From Perkinsus olseni (lineage: Eukaryota), in the NCBI GenBank assembly GCA_013115125.1, contig JABANN010000323.1, positions 1 through 39,427 on the forward strand: DNA of 39,427 bases, written 5' to 3'. Below the pieces are notes generated by a model. That model was not told the DNA's origin and searched no databases. It was given only the letters and a program-made list of their open reading frames with translations. Positions within the stretch are counted from its first letter, which is position 1. Every line of letters starts with the position of its first letter. A program made the translations under genes and the position numbers. This document shows positions 1 to 12,486 of the stretch, piece by piece.

Positions 1-739
1 CCTCAAACACGTAGTATGTGCTGAATTAGACTGATTTTTGTGATTTGCATATCGAATTGGAACACCCTGTATAAGAAAACCAATCTCGTTAAGGGTTTGG
101 CCCAGACCGTTTGGGGCGAGAGTATGTTCAAAAACATGACAAGGAACGCTCGTGTTCGCCGAGACGAACGCACGCACAGCGTGCACAAAGAACAAGGCGC
201 GTACGGAGCAGCAATGAAGGTTTGCCGTTACTGTAGTGCACATAATTGGCGCACCAGAGTGCCCGCCTCCACCAAGAGCATCGTGTAATTGTTGCATCGC
301 TGATTCTGCCATGCTTCGATAAGAAGTTACGCTGCAGTTGAGTGGCCGATGATAAGAAGAAGACAGCAGATGATAGATTGGATTCCGGACGACAAAACTC
401 GGGTGCTGTGTTCTCAATCGGTCTCTTCTATGCGCCGACGACCTTAGCCCTGCGCGGTAACATACTGTGGCTTCTCCGTTGTTGCTCATAGTCAACGCAA
501 GGCGAGAAGGGGAGTAAAGTCTTCTACTTGGATCTATTCGGGGGGCGGGAGTATCAGCAATGCACGCATGCACAAGACGATCAGCGCGCAGTGAGTGCCA
601 TACACATATGCGGTAGTTTCAACCCCACCAGTGTCAGAAAGGGCAGTCGTTACTACTGAGAATGCTCTCCAATAGCGCGAGACGGCTTCCGCAGAGAGTT
701 CCGTGATCGCCACTGAACACTACAGCGAGATACTCAACA

Positions 740-1748
740 TCATGACAATGCAGCACACGGGAAGGCATTAAATCGACTTGTGTCCGCCGTTCCCGACGGT
801 TTTCGTTGTAACTCTTGGTATCTTCGCAGCACATCGCGATGATGCCTACGGTCTCGCTTGTGCCGGGACCTTGCCAGTACTGCACGGACATCGGGCGCGT
901 ACAGGGATAAATCGATAGCGAAAGTGGGACGATCTGAACAGTGGATATCGTCAAGGACATCTGCAGGACCACAGGATGCATCTGGGTGTCTCAGGGTCAG
1001 AAAAAAGATTGAGTAAGGCATCATACTTTTCATTGGAGGCTTCTCAACTCGATCGCCTAGTTCTCGGCTATGCGTTCGGGGACGATCGGCTCGACACTTC
1101 CACCGTGGGGTCTGCGAACGAACAGACACGAGCAGGCTCACCATATAGCTCGATATTGACGATAGAGAAAGGTGTACGACTGCTGGAAAATAGTCTCTGT
1201 CACGATAATGCAGCCAATCAGGAGAGAGCAAATTGCTCATTCGCGGATGACGCTCAACTAGGAGTGGATGGGAGAACAGCGAAGCAGTTACCTGTCCAAG
1301 AGCGGGCAGACTCATGGCCAGCTCAAACGGCATACAGCTGGTTTTGTAACTGACCGCACGAAAGCTGTGCAAGAGCAGTAAGCGAAGCTCATTCAAGTAG
1401 AAGCCTTTGACCACTATAATCTTACTAAAGAAGTTTGTTCCGACTCAGATGACGTCCTCGGACCTCCCTCGTTTGGGCGTCGGTATGGTCGTCATCATAT
1501 TCAGTTCTTTTCACCATTCGCTTGCCATCTGGGTAACGTATTCTCCTCGCAATTTGTCTCATGTCATCTACTGTTCTATCGAAGATGTAACAACGTCTTT
1601 TCATTTCGGCCACCGCAGCTGGATCGATTCGTTTCGTGACTTCCTTCGCGCGGAGCGCCTCGAGTTGAACCTTCACCAGCAGCGTCAACTTACTAGTGCT
1701 TGCAGTCAGACGCTCTTCCTTGGGCGGGCCTGAAGGAACTTCAATCAT
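740..1748 (-). CDS. Hypothetical multi-exon protein (both ends unresolved; may start near 2092 and extend below 740)
   Basis: ORFs 1425-1748 and 740-1414 contain phase-consistent GT-AG introns around exon-like blocks (VVKGFYLNELRLLLLHSFRA | VTASLFSHP...ISSYM | TPRWKCRADRP...PMK | ASCGPADVLDD...). No domain recognised. Confidence 0.45.
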
Positions 1749-2254
1749 CTCCGGACCGCAGCGAAGGAGGTGTTCTTACTTCGGTTCATACGCGTACATG
1801 CGTGCGAAGTAAATTCTGTATCGTGCGCGTTCTGCGCATCGCTCCGCTGCCGAAATGGTGCATGTTTGTGGATTTTGTAAAGATCATCTTCTTCCTTTCG
1901 TCATGAGGTCATCAGCCAATTCTCATTACGGCGGGCCCCTCAGAAGGCTGGAGTCGCCACCATCATCATCAATCACGTCATGGAACAGAGATGATAATAA
2001 CGATGGAAGTAGTAGCTCGACGACTGAGGCCTGATTCGACAACGCTGACCCTTTTGTGACTGCTTTTCGACTGTGTCGTCTTCAATGCTCATACACGATA
2101 GTTGGTCTTGTCTGTAACGAATAATTTGGTACTGATATGGGGACGCTTGCTATTAAAGGCGACAAGTTAGCAAGCTTTACTTCGCCTCAGTGACGCTTTC
2201 GGTGGTTGGGCATGTCTTTTTTTGACAGGTCCCGTCCGTCAGTTGACCTCACAA

Positions 2255-5200
2255 ATGTCGCGGATGAGTCTATCAGCTCGGGGAGACACGTCCAGAGCAA
2301 TGAGTTGCAGTCCATCGCCATCGAGGCCGTCCCCGGTCACTTTCAAATGGGAGAAGGTTCGGACCACCGGTGAGGTGTTCACGCCTCGTACAGGGCATTG
2401 CTGCGCGAGTGTTGGCGACCGTATTTACCTCTTCGGTGGTACGGATGGGGAAAGCAGAAAGTGTGATGTGTACTGTTACTCATGCACAAGACAGGAGTGG
2501 GACCGTGTTATGGTAGGCAACAACGGGTACTGCAATGATCAGCTCCATGAAAATCACGAGTAGTTGGAAACTCCCGTAGTTGTCTATGTGTTATCAGTAC
2601 TTCGATCATCACGCGAATCATATCTTGTTTCGACCGGCTCCTGTCCCGTCGGTCGTGTAACGTAGAGTAGCATCAATTCTGCTGCCTGGGTCTAGAAAGT
2701 CGCAGCTAGGTGGTGCGTCTTCTCAGGTCCAGCGATGCCACGGCGGACATGTTAGCGAACCTCCCGCCAGATCGGGCGCCCGATCTGTCGTGTACGAAGG
2801 AATAGTTTATATTTTTGGTGGCTACACTAAGAAGGACGGCGACTACTTCAACGACACTTGGGCGTTCAACCCCCTCTATCACACGTGGGCTATGCTGACC
2901 GCCGCCGGTGATGTTCCTTCGCGAAGGACCGACCACTCGATGGTTCTGTACGAGGGTAGCGTTTACACGTTTGGCGGTTTTGACGGAAGAAATCGCTACA
3001 ATGATGTGAGTACCATGGAGTTGCCAGCGCATGGGGCCTTCCGAGAGGGGTCTCCGATGGCGAGATGGGAGCTGGTGGATGGACCGGCCACTCGGGCAGC
3101 AACCGGGCAGGAGTGCCCTAGTCCGAGATTCGGTCATTCGGCGGTGGTTCACGGTTCCTGTATGTACGTCTTTGGTGGGTGGGATGGACATGATACCCTT
3201 AATGAGCTGTGGGAGTTCAACTTCCCTTCTGGGAGATGGTAGTGGGGGCCCAGAGTCAGAATAGAGTCTGCAGGTCGGAGCTGTGTCTCCCAGAGGCCCT
3301 CCTCGAACTCCGTTTACGCTCTTGAAAGCACATCCTCAAAAATATGTCACATAAAATATCTCGTGTATTATTTGGTACGTGATGGAACTAAAAACTGGCT
3401 GTGTGCCTAGGGTAATTACCTACGGAAGTTCAGTTAGTAAAAAAACCTGACTGATTTTCGCGCGCGCTCCCGTGAATCAGAATTTGCGCGTTCAAAACAT
3501 TACATCGCGCTGACCACAAGTTCATTGTTGAATCGACTACAGCACCTCGTTGATCCTTCGCTGTGCGTGAAGATACGCAAAGATATGTCGAGGAGTATCT
3601 TTGCTTATAAGGTACCCTGTAGCCCAGCGTGGCGTTGTCCCCCGTCCACGATACCGACACGGATGTGTGGTTATTGATGATAGCATGATCGTATTTGGTG
3701 GAGTAGATAAGGAGCAGCATCGCTTCAATGAGCTGGCCGAACTGAATCTCAACACCGGGGTGTGGTCCAAGCTTGACGTCACAGGAGAGATTCCTACTGG
3801 ACGGACGTTTCACAAATGCAGAGTCTGGCATGGTAGTAACTTATGCTTCGCTCCGCCTGCTTTTCATGAAACAATCCCTATCATAGTTGGCATGACTTTA
3901 CGTGCCTTCTCTCGGAACTCACCTTAGTGTAGGTTGTATCTTCTCGTCCCCTCTGTACCCCATTGCTCATCATCTTTCTGTTTCACCAGTTCGTTGGTGT
4001 TACAGTTTAGAACGAAGGGAACGCAACTTGCGAAAATGAGGCCACTACGTATGTGTCATAGTGGCCTCATTTTTGTATGTGGCATTCCCTGCGTTCACAA
4101 TCATCATACTTCCGTGCGTTTGTCAGGCACGCTCTACCTCATAGGTGGGTTTGACGGCCGCCGGCAGAACGATATGTATCGAGTCGCGATGGAAGAGGGT
4201 CTCAGACAGAGGGCTGCTGCGCTGAATCGACACGAGTCCGCGGCTCCTTCCCGCGATATGGTGCCTTCCCATTGCCAGCAGGAATCTTGCACCTGCTGCG
4301 ATATGTCTTCGAGTTGTGAGCCTCCGCCGGTGGTGATGCCTGAGGATTTATGCAAGTGGCAGAAGGTTGAGACGAAGAATGCTACGGGAAACGATCTGAG
4401 CGGGAGAACAGGACATGCCGCGGTGGTGTGGGGGAAGCACTTGTTCGTCTTTGGCGGCACCGATGAACATGCTCGACAAAACGACGTCTATAAGTATGAA
4501 GCTCACCTAGAATTCTTTCGGAGCCTTAGAGTACAATTATTTTCAGGTTCGATTTCTCGACACAGATGTGGTGCAAAGTGCCGACATCATCTCCTCAACC
4601 CGCAGCGAGGAGCGGGAGTAAGGCTGTGGTTTACAAGGACTTCTTGTATTTATTCGGTGGATATACTAAAAAGGAAGGGGAGTATTTCAATGACATGTGG
4701 AAGCTCAACTTAGCGAAGGGGACTGTAATGATGGGGGCGAGAATAATTGGCTGCAGCGATAATCTAGTGACGCGCACACCGGTTCTTCGATGGCGAATTC
4801 GTGAAAGTGTGGTACCATCTTTCTAATAGTTCCGTTTGAGCGTTGCAGATCATAGCTCAGTGCAGTGAGTCCGAACGCGGTTTTTGGAAGGTGTTTTGAA
4901 TCACATCGGGCATCGGTATGCTGGATAGAAGTTCAGCCGTGCCGGAACAGTTTCATCTGATTTACGTGGTCAGACTCCGCTCCGCTAGGTTTTCCATCCC
5001 ATTCGGTATCCTTGTGATTGAACATTCGTGCCGGGTCTGAACTGCTGTCTGGTTCATGATATCGTTACTCCTCTTCAGTGGACACTCGTGAAACCTAGAC
5101 GGGGTTATCCGCCATCGCCGCGGACGGATCATACCTGCTGCATATTGAGGTAGTATGGAACGGGTCAGGGTTTTGCTTCATCTTCTTTTGCGGCTCTTCG

Positions 5201-7320
5201 ATGACATTCTGGGAGCGCCAGTGCGCGGTCTATGACGATCCTTTCACGGTACCCCGCCTGGCTTGCGGGAGCAGCGGGGAGAAAATTTGGCGAGGGCCAT
5301 CAGCCTCTTGTTTTTAGGTCAAACATATATGTGTTTGGCGGATTTGATGGGCGATCAAGATACCAGGATTTACACATGTAATATGCATGGACTAGGGATC
5401 GAACTCGCGACCTCTTCCAGCTAGGACTCAGTGTTGTGAACAGTCGCGAGGTATTCTTCCGACGCCATCCCGTTGGACACCGACTCAGCCACATAGATTG
5501 AATCTTCGGTACAGCGTGACTTCAGTTTCAACACCGAAGATGAATCTTGGACGGCCGTTAGTCCGGGCAACGAGCCACTGGGGCGATTCGGACACACGGC
5601 GGTTATGTATAACACGTAGGCTGCCCGGTGGTAGCCAACAGCCTTGGAGTTGCGGACTTTGTGCAGGTCGATGTATGTGTTTGGTGGATGGAACGGACAC
5701 GATACGCTTGATGACTTGTAGTATTCCTGAGCTTTGTCAGCAGCTGTTGTCAACGAACAAGAGGTATGCAATCTTAGGTGTGAGTATTCGACAGAATCGC
5801 AGAATTGGCTGTCCGTGCCGGGGCGTGGCGAGATTGTCAGTAGTAGATACAGGCACAGTGCAGGTAGCGGCTCGGGATGAAAACCGTCTGGCTTAAGACT
5901 TCTCGACCCGGGTTGTTCATCACTTTTAGTTGTTTACGGCTGCTGTATGTTCATTTTTGGTGGAGTCGACAAAAAGCAAGAGCGTTTCTCAGATCTTTGT
6001 GAATTCAACTTCGAGACAAGTAATACACGGTGTATCTCAGGAATGAGATTTTTCTCCGCAATTCTATCTCAATGAGAGGCTAGCTAACCTCTCATTTCGT
6101 CGAGTGTGCGGAATCTCCAAGAGTTACTCAGTGGACTCCCTTCCGCTCTCCATCGCATGTGGTATTTCTTCGGCTCCCATTTCTTCGGAGATATTTTTTC
6201 GCAGGAGTCTGGTCCAGAGTAAAGACGTGGGGCGACCCGTCCCCATCGGCCCGCACGTTCCATCAGGCTGTCATGTACAACGGATTCATGTACATCATAG
6301 GTGGCTTTGATGGAGTCAGAAGGAACGATATCTGGTGTAAGTACCTCCGGGTTTGCCTGCTGAGCGCGGAGGCTTTTTTGCTCATACTTATGTTTTGAGT
6401 GAAATAGATCTTTACCGTGAAGACTTCACGCAACAAGTAGCTTTCCTCTGATTATAGATGCGAGTATAGCTAGTCTCGATGCCTGTGGCACGAATGGCTG
6501 CGGCTTGGCGTTCGAAGCGCAAAATTGCACGTCAAAAGTCTGAGAGGCGAGAAAGGGTTCATCTGTGATAGTGCGGATTCCGTTGCTTCGAAGGGTGTAC
6601 AGCGGTCGCGGTAATCAGGTATTCCATTGATTGAGGAGGTGAGCCGATCCGAGAAAGGGCGGCGGAAGCGGCTAACTCTGGGACGGGGCTCGTCGAGAGC
6701 ACCTCTCCGGGAGCTCACTGATGATGACGGTCATGACAATGGTTGGACTAGCAATCCGGACCAACAGCCCGATCAAGGCACAGCAATGCCTGCCGTGGAC
6801 ACGAGCGTTGCCGGCAAGGATACGGATGAGCAACTGAGGATGAGAGCTCGCATTTCGGAGTTGGAAACGAGATTGGCTAATTTGGAGGAACAAAATTTGT
6901 GCAAGGTGGGCTGAATGGCGTCGCAATCTCATTGGGATTTTTGGGAAGGTTTGGTTAGTGAGGCAATTGTGACATTTACTTGGGCTGTGAGTTTCATTCG
7001 GTAATTAGCTGCTGGTCTCCGGAATGTCAAGTCGAATTCTCTCAATGAGATATTAGCATTTGGCTTGTCGGTTCCGCGTAGAATAACATTCGTCTTTCAA
7101 TCACGAAATAGCCGATCCACATACTCCCCAATTTAGCTTTGATGTGGTGTATGGAGATGTGAAGTATCCCTTCGATCAGATATGTTTCGATAGAGCTATC
7201 GACACAGTGCTCTTGGACTGTGCACATCGTGTTGTCTGTCATGGTTGCACTGAGCAGCTGAGCATGTGTCCGGTGTGCAGGAGTCCAATACGGCAAGTCA
7301 TTGTTACTTATGACGGCTGA
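2255..7320 (+). CDS. Multi-exon Kelch-repeat protein (12 blades) with coiled coil and C-terminal C3HC4 RING finger; probable E3 ubiquitin ligase
   Basis: Spliced exons give 12 Kelch motifs (R-x-x-H...Y-x-F-G-G...N-D), the coiled coil QLRMRARISELETRLANLEEQ, then LCK|ICFDRAIDTVLLDCAHRVVCHGCTEQLSMCPVCRSPIRQVIVTYDG* with TGA ending at 7320. ATG at 2255. Confidence 0.9.
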
Positions 7321-8814
7321 AAAGGAGATGGCAGCTACAGTACAATTTATCTAATTATCGCTAATTTTAAAATTTACCTCATTTCTCTGTTCTTGTTGCG
7401 TGGCATGGCTCGGGGGTCACTTTTACGATGGCGTGTCCTAGGACTGCGATGTTAGTGATATAGAGAAGCCTGGATTGTACCATCAGTATTGGGAATCAAG
7501 CTGCGAAGTATCGACCTGATGGTCGGACTCATGGAATTGTGCCAATACCGACGACTTAATTGTCTCCTTTCACATTTGTTGCGATGTTGGGTTCCGAGTC
7601 TATAGGTCGTGTCAGAGTCATCTTGAACGGGGACTCAATTCCCATCGTGAACGTGGACCTCTTCCCTGAGGTCTCTCCCCTGAGGACTCGGAGGTTCGAA
7701 TATTGTCGTGAACCGACCCAATTGAGTATAACGCAGACCCAATCGGATTGATTGAGATTCATTAAATTATTACATACAGACAACAGTAACTTACAGCGTT
7801 GAGATATGCGCTAAGATATTGGCGGGACATATCTGCACAGTCGTTGAGCCAGAGGGCGTTGATGCTCTGCTCTCAGTATGAGACGTCGAAGTCCTTAACA
7901 ACGTCGAAGTCCTCTGGCTTTGAGACCCATAGTCCTCTGCGGAATCTGCAGTGCAAGCGAACTTTTATCTTGCGTCGTCAGTACAGCTGTCGAGCTGCTA
8001 AAGGATGCACCATCTATCGTTAAGGCCTCCTCGCTTTCCTGTATCACGTGGATCAGCAATTTTTCTTGAAGAAGACTTGCTACATAGTTTAACCTTGGTC
8101 TCCAAGCCGGTGTTATGCTGACTCGGAGACTGATTCTTCATGAATGCATTAGCGAGTGCGTGGCTGGGAGCGAGGATCCCATGGTCGCTTGAATCTCGCT
8201 CCATTCATATACACCGGTATATCGGTGATCGGGCATGTATAGGTATTGACCTTCTGGAACAACCGTCTGTTCCAGCGAGTGACTGGCTCGTGAGCGACGG
8301 AGATGAGCGCGAAGATCCCAGGCCGAGAAGCTTTGCAACTTGCAAGATTCGGCTTAATATGCGTGATACTCTTTCAACTGCGATTTCGACCCCGATGCCC
8401 CCCTCGCTGACACTAGCAGTATGGCGTGCCACGGAAGGTGTGAAAGGCTTGAAGTCAGTTTCACAATATGGTTGACTCCGAGTTGATCTCAGAAACATGA
8501 TAGGCGATGCCTTTAGGGCTTACTCCGAGTAAGTTACTCGGCCCCGTTGAGACTTTCACCCCACCAAATGCGATGAAACAAGGTAGGCTCGGGTGGCATT
8601 CATTTACGCGCCCCTTGATGCTGCAAACCACATGGAGCGAGTCAAGCTTCATGCTCACGGTCGTAACTATCCGAGAAGAGCTTTCTTCATAGTCCAGCAG
8701 CATCCTGATCTATGTGAACGGTTCGCCGCGGATCCCCTAGTTGAAATTTCCATTACGGAGTACGCAGTGTGCCATGCTGGGACCCTGCAAGTCGTACTCG
8801 TTCGAGTCTCGAAC

Positions 8815-9015
8815 TTCGAGATCAACAGCGAGGACAGTATCGATCGTGAGTCATGACGGGGGATAGTATGGATTCACTTTGGTTCATGACACCGATATGG
8901 AAGCACCAGCTCCACTCGTACATACTTCGCGTCTATACAGCTACAGCACCAGCGAACCGCATCACCTTGCAGTCGAACGAAGCATCATTCGAGGAACTCG
9001 CTTTTCAGTTCGGAC
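8815..9015 (-). pseudogene. Decayed fragment of a Dada-type transposase (paralog of the 36395-39400 ORF)
   Basis: The minus strand reads ggtgctgtagctgtatagacgcgaagtatgta...agtggagctggtg...catatcggtgtcatgaa, matching 37439-37520 (ggtgctgtacttcgtatagacgcgaagtatgtgcacagtggggcgggtgg...catatcggtgtcatgaa) with indels and a stop codon. Confidence 0.8.
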
Positions 9016-10614
9016 TCCGAGTCTTGAAGCCCTTTGAGTAAGCTTGAAATTTCGTAATCACCGGTAACAACCGCCTTAATCATCGAAGCTCGACGACTTG
9101 ATCCGATCATCATCACTAATATCCTTCAATAGGTCCTCATCCTCATTACTCATATCCTCATCACTGATGATTCATCAGTAGCCTCTGACATCGCATGAAC
9201 AAGAAAGAACAGGGCACAATAACAGGTCTCCCTTTATCCCAAGGCTAGGCTGGTCAGCTAGCCAGGCTCGTGACTAGCGAGTGACTCGCTGCGAGTCGCT
9301 AAGCGCGGCGCTTAGTTAGCTTAAAGCGCCCCTATCTCAGCATACTGAGAATAGCTACGTTAGGTTACTCACAATTTCACTGGACAGGTTCTTTCCTTCT
9401 TCGTTGTGCTACTTCCATTAATCCCAGAAAGTGTTCCAAAATCTCTCAAATTTCCCTCTCAAACTGCAGCATTTGCTTCGCGGCTACGTTTCCGCAAATC
9501 CTACGGACGTGGATTGATGTGGTTCTGGAGAACATGCGGAAGGGGCACACCGATTATGTCCTGCACAACTGAGTGGATCGTCGGCGACGGGAGGGCGTAC
9601 GACCAAATGAAAAGCGTTCAACTGATTGCCCTCTGTATTACAAAGATTGTAACAAGAGCGTAGACGAGGCAACCCTGAGGATAACCAGGTGGATCCGCAG
9701 TTCATTCCGGAGGATTGGGAAGCGTGAGTTCTTGCTCGTAGATCATAAACTATGATTCATAATATGATCTTCATATCCCCTACCTGCACCTTCAGGTACT
9801 TCGTTGAGGGCATCGATGGCGACAGGCACTATTGGCACTGCTTTGTCTGTGGCCGGATCCAGCTTGATACTGTGATAAGCTGATAAGTTGTGTGAGCTGT
9901 AATTGTAACATACAACATACAGTAGCTAAATGTATTCGAGAAGATTAGAACCTAGACCGTCTAGGCTCAGCCTAGTAGGCTGGATGCTCCGACTATGAAT
10001 CGATGATACTAACTGCTCCATCAGTATATCTAGAATCTTTTGTAACCCTGCTCCGCGAGGCTGTTTCCGTCGGAAACTTTCCGATCAATCTTGAAGCGCG
10101 TGATGATTTATACGTATGGACGTACATTCGTGTCGAGGTAGATACGTACTGTCAGTACGGTACTGATGTAGGACGACGCATGTTGGGAATATGCACAATC
10201 TTGTTGTCTCCAATATGACGATGTTCCATGCACCTCTCAGCAGTTCGCGTTCATGCGTGAAAACTTCAACTCGGAAATTCCGAGTCGGAATGGTTTCTTG
10301 TCAGTCATGCTATTAAGGTTAATTATATTGATGGTTGAATGAAGCTGTGACAGCTAAGCTCTCAACTCGACGGGTTTTGAGAGTCCAAACGATGAATATT
10401 GTCGGGATCGTCAATCTCGATTTGATGACGTCTTCCATAACATTATTATGCATGAGTTGAAGCGCTCGGCAATGCCCGCGGTTAATATGTGATGGGCAGA
10501 GAACGACAAATCCTTGAATCCTTGAAGAGTTCGGAAGTTCCGAACTCTCCTACATGCTCATCTGCATCAACACGTTTCACGGACAAAAAATTAACTAACA
10601 GTGACTAAAATGAC

Positions 10615-10701
10615 TAACAGATCCTTGTTTCGGTCAGGACTCCTGAGTCGGGAGGCCTGTTGGTTATGAGCCCAACCCGCCATCCACTGCGCCAAGCTTC
10701 T
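10615..10701 (-). pseudogene. Initiator tRNA-Met(CAU)-like pseudogene
   Basis: The minus strand reads AGAAGCTTGGCGCAGTGGATGGCGGGTTGGGCTCATAACCAACAGGC...TCCTGACCGAAACAAGGATCTGTTA. It has A-box TGGCGCAGTGG, GGG-CT-CAT-AA and an initiator-type A-x-CGAAA T-loop. Stems are damaged and there are ~14 extra nt before the T-arm. Confidence 0.65.
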
Positions 10702-10757
10702 AAGACAGGAATTTGTTTCTGGCCTCCCGCTTGTTCAAGACTTGAATTTCAAGTCCG

Positions 10758-10827
10758 TACACCGTTCTAGCATTGAACCCGAACAACCTGCTGGAGACAG
10801 ATATCCTAATTATTTGACGAACGGGGC
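10758..10827 (-). pseudogene. Degenerate tRNA-like sequence (most similar to tRNA-Gly)
   Basis: The minus strand reads GCCCCGTTCGTCAAATAATTAGGATATCTGTCTCCAGCAGGTTGTTCGGGTTCAATGCTAGAACGGTGTA, with partial acceptor pairing, a GTC..TTAGGAT D-arm, a TCTGT/GCAGG stem with a shortened loop, and a GGTTCAAT B-box. Confidence 0.5.
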
Positions 10828-10887
10828 ACAAATTCTTACTAGCGGACGGACAGTCTCGCGACACACCCGTGACGCCTTCATAGCAGT

Positions 10888-10933
10888 GCTATGATATGAT
10901 AGCTATGATATGATAGCATGATGCTATGATAGC
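10888..10933. repeat. Short tandem repeat (gctatgatatgata x2 plus degenerate copy)
   Basis: Directly visible. Confidence 0.7.
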
Positions 10934-11609
10934 ACCACATTACAATCAATCTACTAAGACCACAAATCGAGCTGGGGATCTCCCCCCGCAGAATCACGCC
11001 CTAATTTTTCATTCAATGAAGTGGAAGATCCTCATGTTCCCAAAAATCATTTTTGAAACGTCTCAAGGGTGTTTCAAAACCTCGTGAGCACTTTTGAGTT
11101 CACAGAAGTCAGTGCCGCGTGAGAGTTAAAGCTCAAACGGTGCCTGAGACGCTGGTTTAACTTAAACCGTACAGTCCTGATTGTGCGATAAATGCACTGC
11201 GATTAGTGAACTGAGAGATCGTCGGAATCGTGACGAACTTGCCCGAAGTGAACGCGCACGCTTCTCATGCCCAGCATACGGCGAAAGCTCTACCCCCAAG
11301 ACACGGAGACGCGACGCTCTTCAATTCACGTCTGTCTCCAGTAGAGACTCCCCACCCATGAATCCATCAATAACCTACCGCTCAGTCTAAGGCGAAGAAA
11401 ATTCTGGTGAGGATGTAAGCCCTCCCCCTAGAGAGAGCCAGTGCGGAGAGCTCGGATAAGGCGGCAATGAAAGCGAATCACTCTGAGCGATCTCGTTTCT
11501 GTGCAGAAGTTACAGACTGCAAGGTGTATGCTATGGTATGACAACTGCTACGGTAACCGTAGTACGGTTGTCAGTTGTACAAATCCTCAGCACTTCCCCA
11601 CACTGTTAA

Positions 11610-12486
11610 ATGGTCTCCTTCATCGTCTCCGCCTTGGGCTTCCTGCTGGCCTCGTCGCACGGAACGATGGCCATGCAGACTACTTTCGAACCAGCACCAG
11701 AGGTACACGGGAGCGATGAATGGCAGAATGTGCTCTTATCGATTATTTCTCGACAGATGAACGAGGCAAGCAGACTTAGCCGATTAGAAGGTCAAGTGTC
11801 TGTGTTGAGCGCTGTCGCGACTACGCTGCACAGAGAAATCGACACGATTATCGGTGATATCTCCGAGTTAAAGCGAAAACCGTCTGAATCGGTTGCCTTC
11901 AAACGAGAGGTATGATATCAGTCGCCTGAGTCCACTGGAGGACAATCATTATCGTCCTATAGCTGGAGAGTGGCCTCGACCGTTGCGATGCCAAGTATGC
12001 AGACAGTCTCTTGACCATGTTGAAACCAAGTACTGGTGGTCACAAAATCGCCTGGATAAGCACTACGTCTAGGCGATACGTCTCTTACTGGTGATAGTGG
12101 GGGTCAAGTTGACCAACTCAGCTTGCATGAACAGTTTCTCCTATGTGTCTATTGTCAGGAAAACCAAGAAAAGGACGACCCTCACGTTCTTTGACGAGAT
12201 GGGAGTGGGAAATGTGACGGGGCGACCGGGCGAAATCATGATTAAATTCCAAGACGTCTTCCCTTTTTATCACCTCATGGATATGATCACAGGAAAACTG
12301 AAAGGCAAGATGAGTGACGAGAGTTGTTTAGAAATGATCAAAGGCATCGAATCTAACCCGCCCAAGCATTACCAGGGAGAGATGTACCCAGTTGTACTGG
12401 TGCGTGACTCACCCCAAATAACTACGTGGATCAGGAAGTTCATCGATGACAAGATGCCCACGGCGTTGAGGATAGCTGCCGAGTAG
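11610..12486 (+). CDS. Predicted secreted protein with coiled coil, multi-exon, unknown function
   Basis: Signal-peptide-like MVSFIVSALGFLLASSHG and a heptad region RLSRLEGQVSVLSAVATTLHREIDTIIGDISELK. GT-AG introns start at ~11911, ~12030 and ~12098. The last exon ends ...CLEMIKGIESNPPKHY...WIRKFIDDKMPTALRIAAE*. Confidence 0.7.

Larger units (their letters stand above)
8800..11569. repeat. Cluster of seven exact 22-bp direct-inverted-direct scars (putative transposon excision footprints)
   Basis: 8800 gttcgag-tctcgaac-ttcgaga; 9276 agcgagt-gactcgct-gcgagtc; 9961 ctaggct-cagcctag-taggctg; 10063 gtttccg-tcggaaac-tttccga; 10145 cgtactg-tcagtacg-gtactga; 10270 ctcggaa-attccgag-tcggaat; 11548 ctacggt-aaccgtag-tacggtt. 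Confidence 0.8.

Noticed and set aside
7556-8760. Coding-like blocks on the minus strand
   Set aside because: No consistent exon chain or recognisable domain; may be a pseudogene but cannot be supported.
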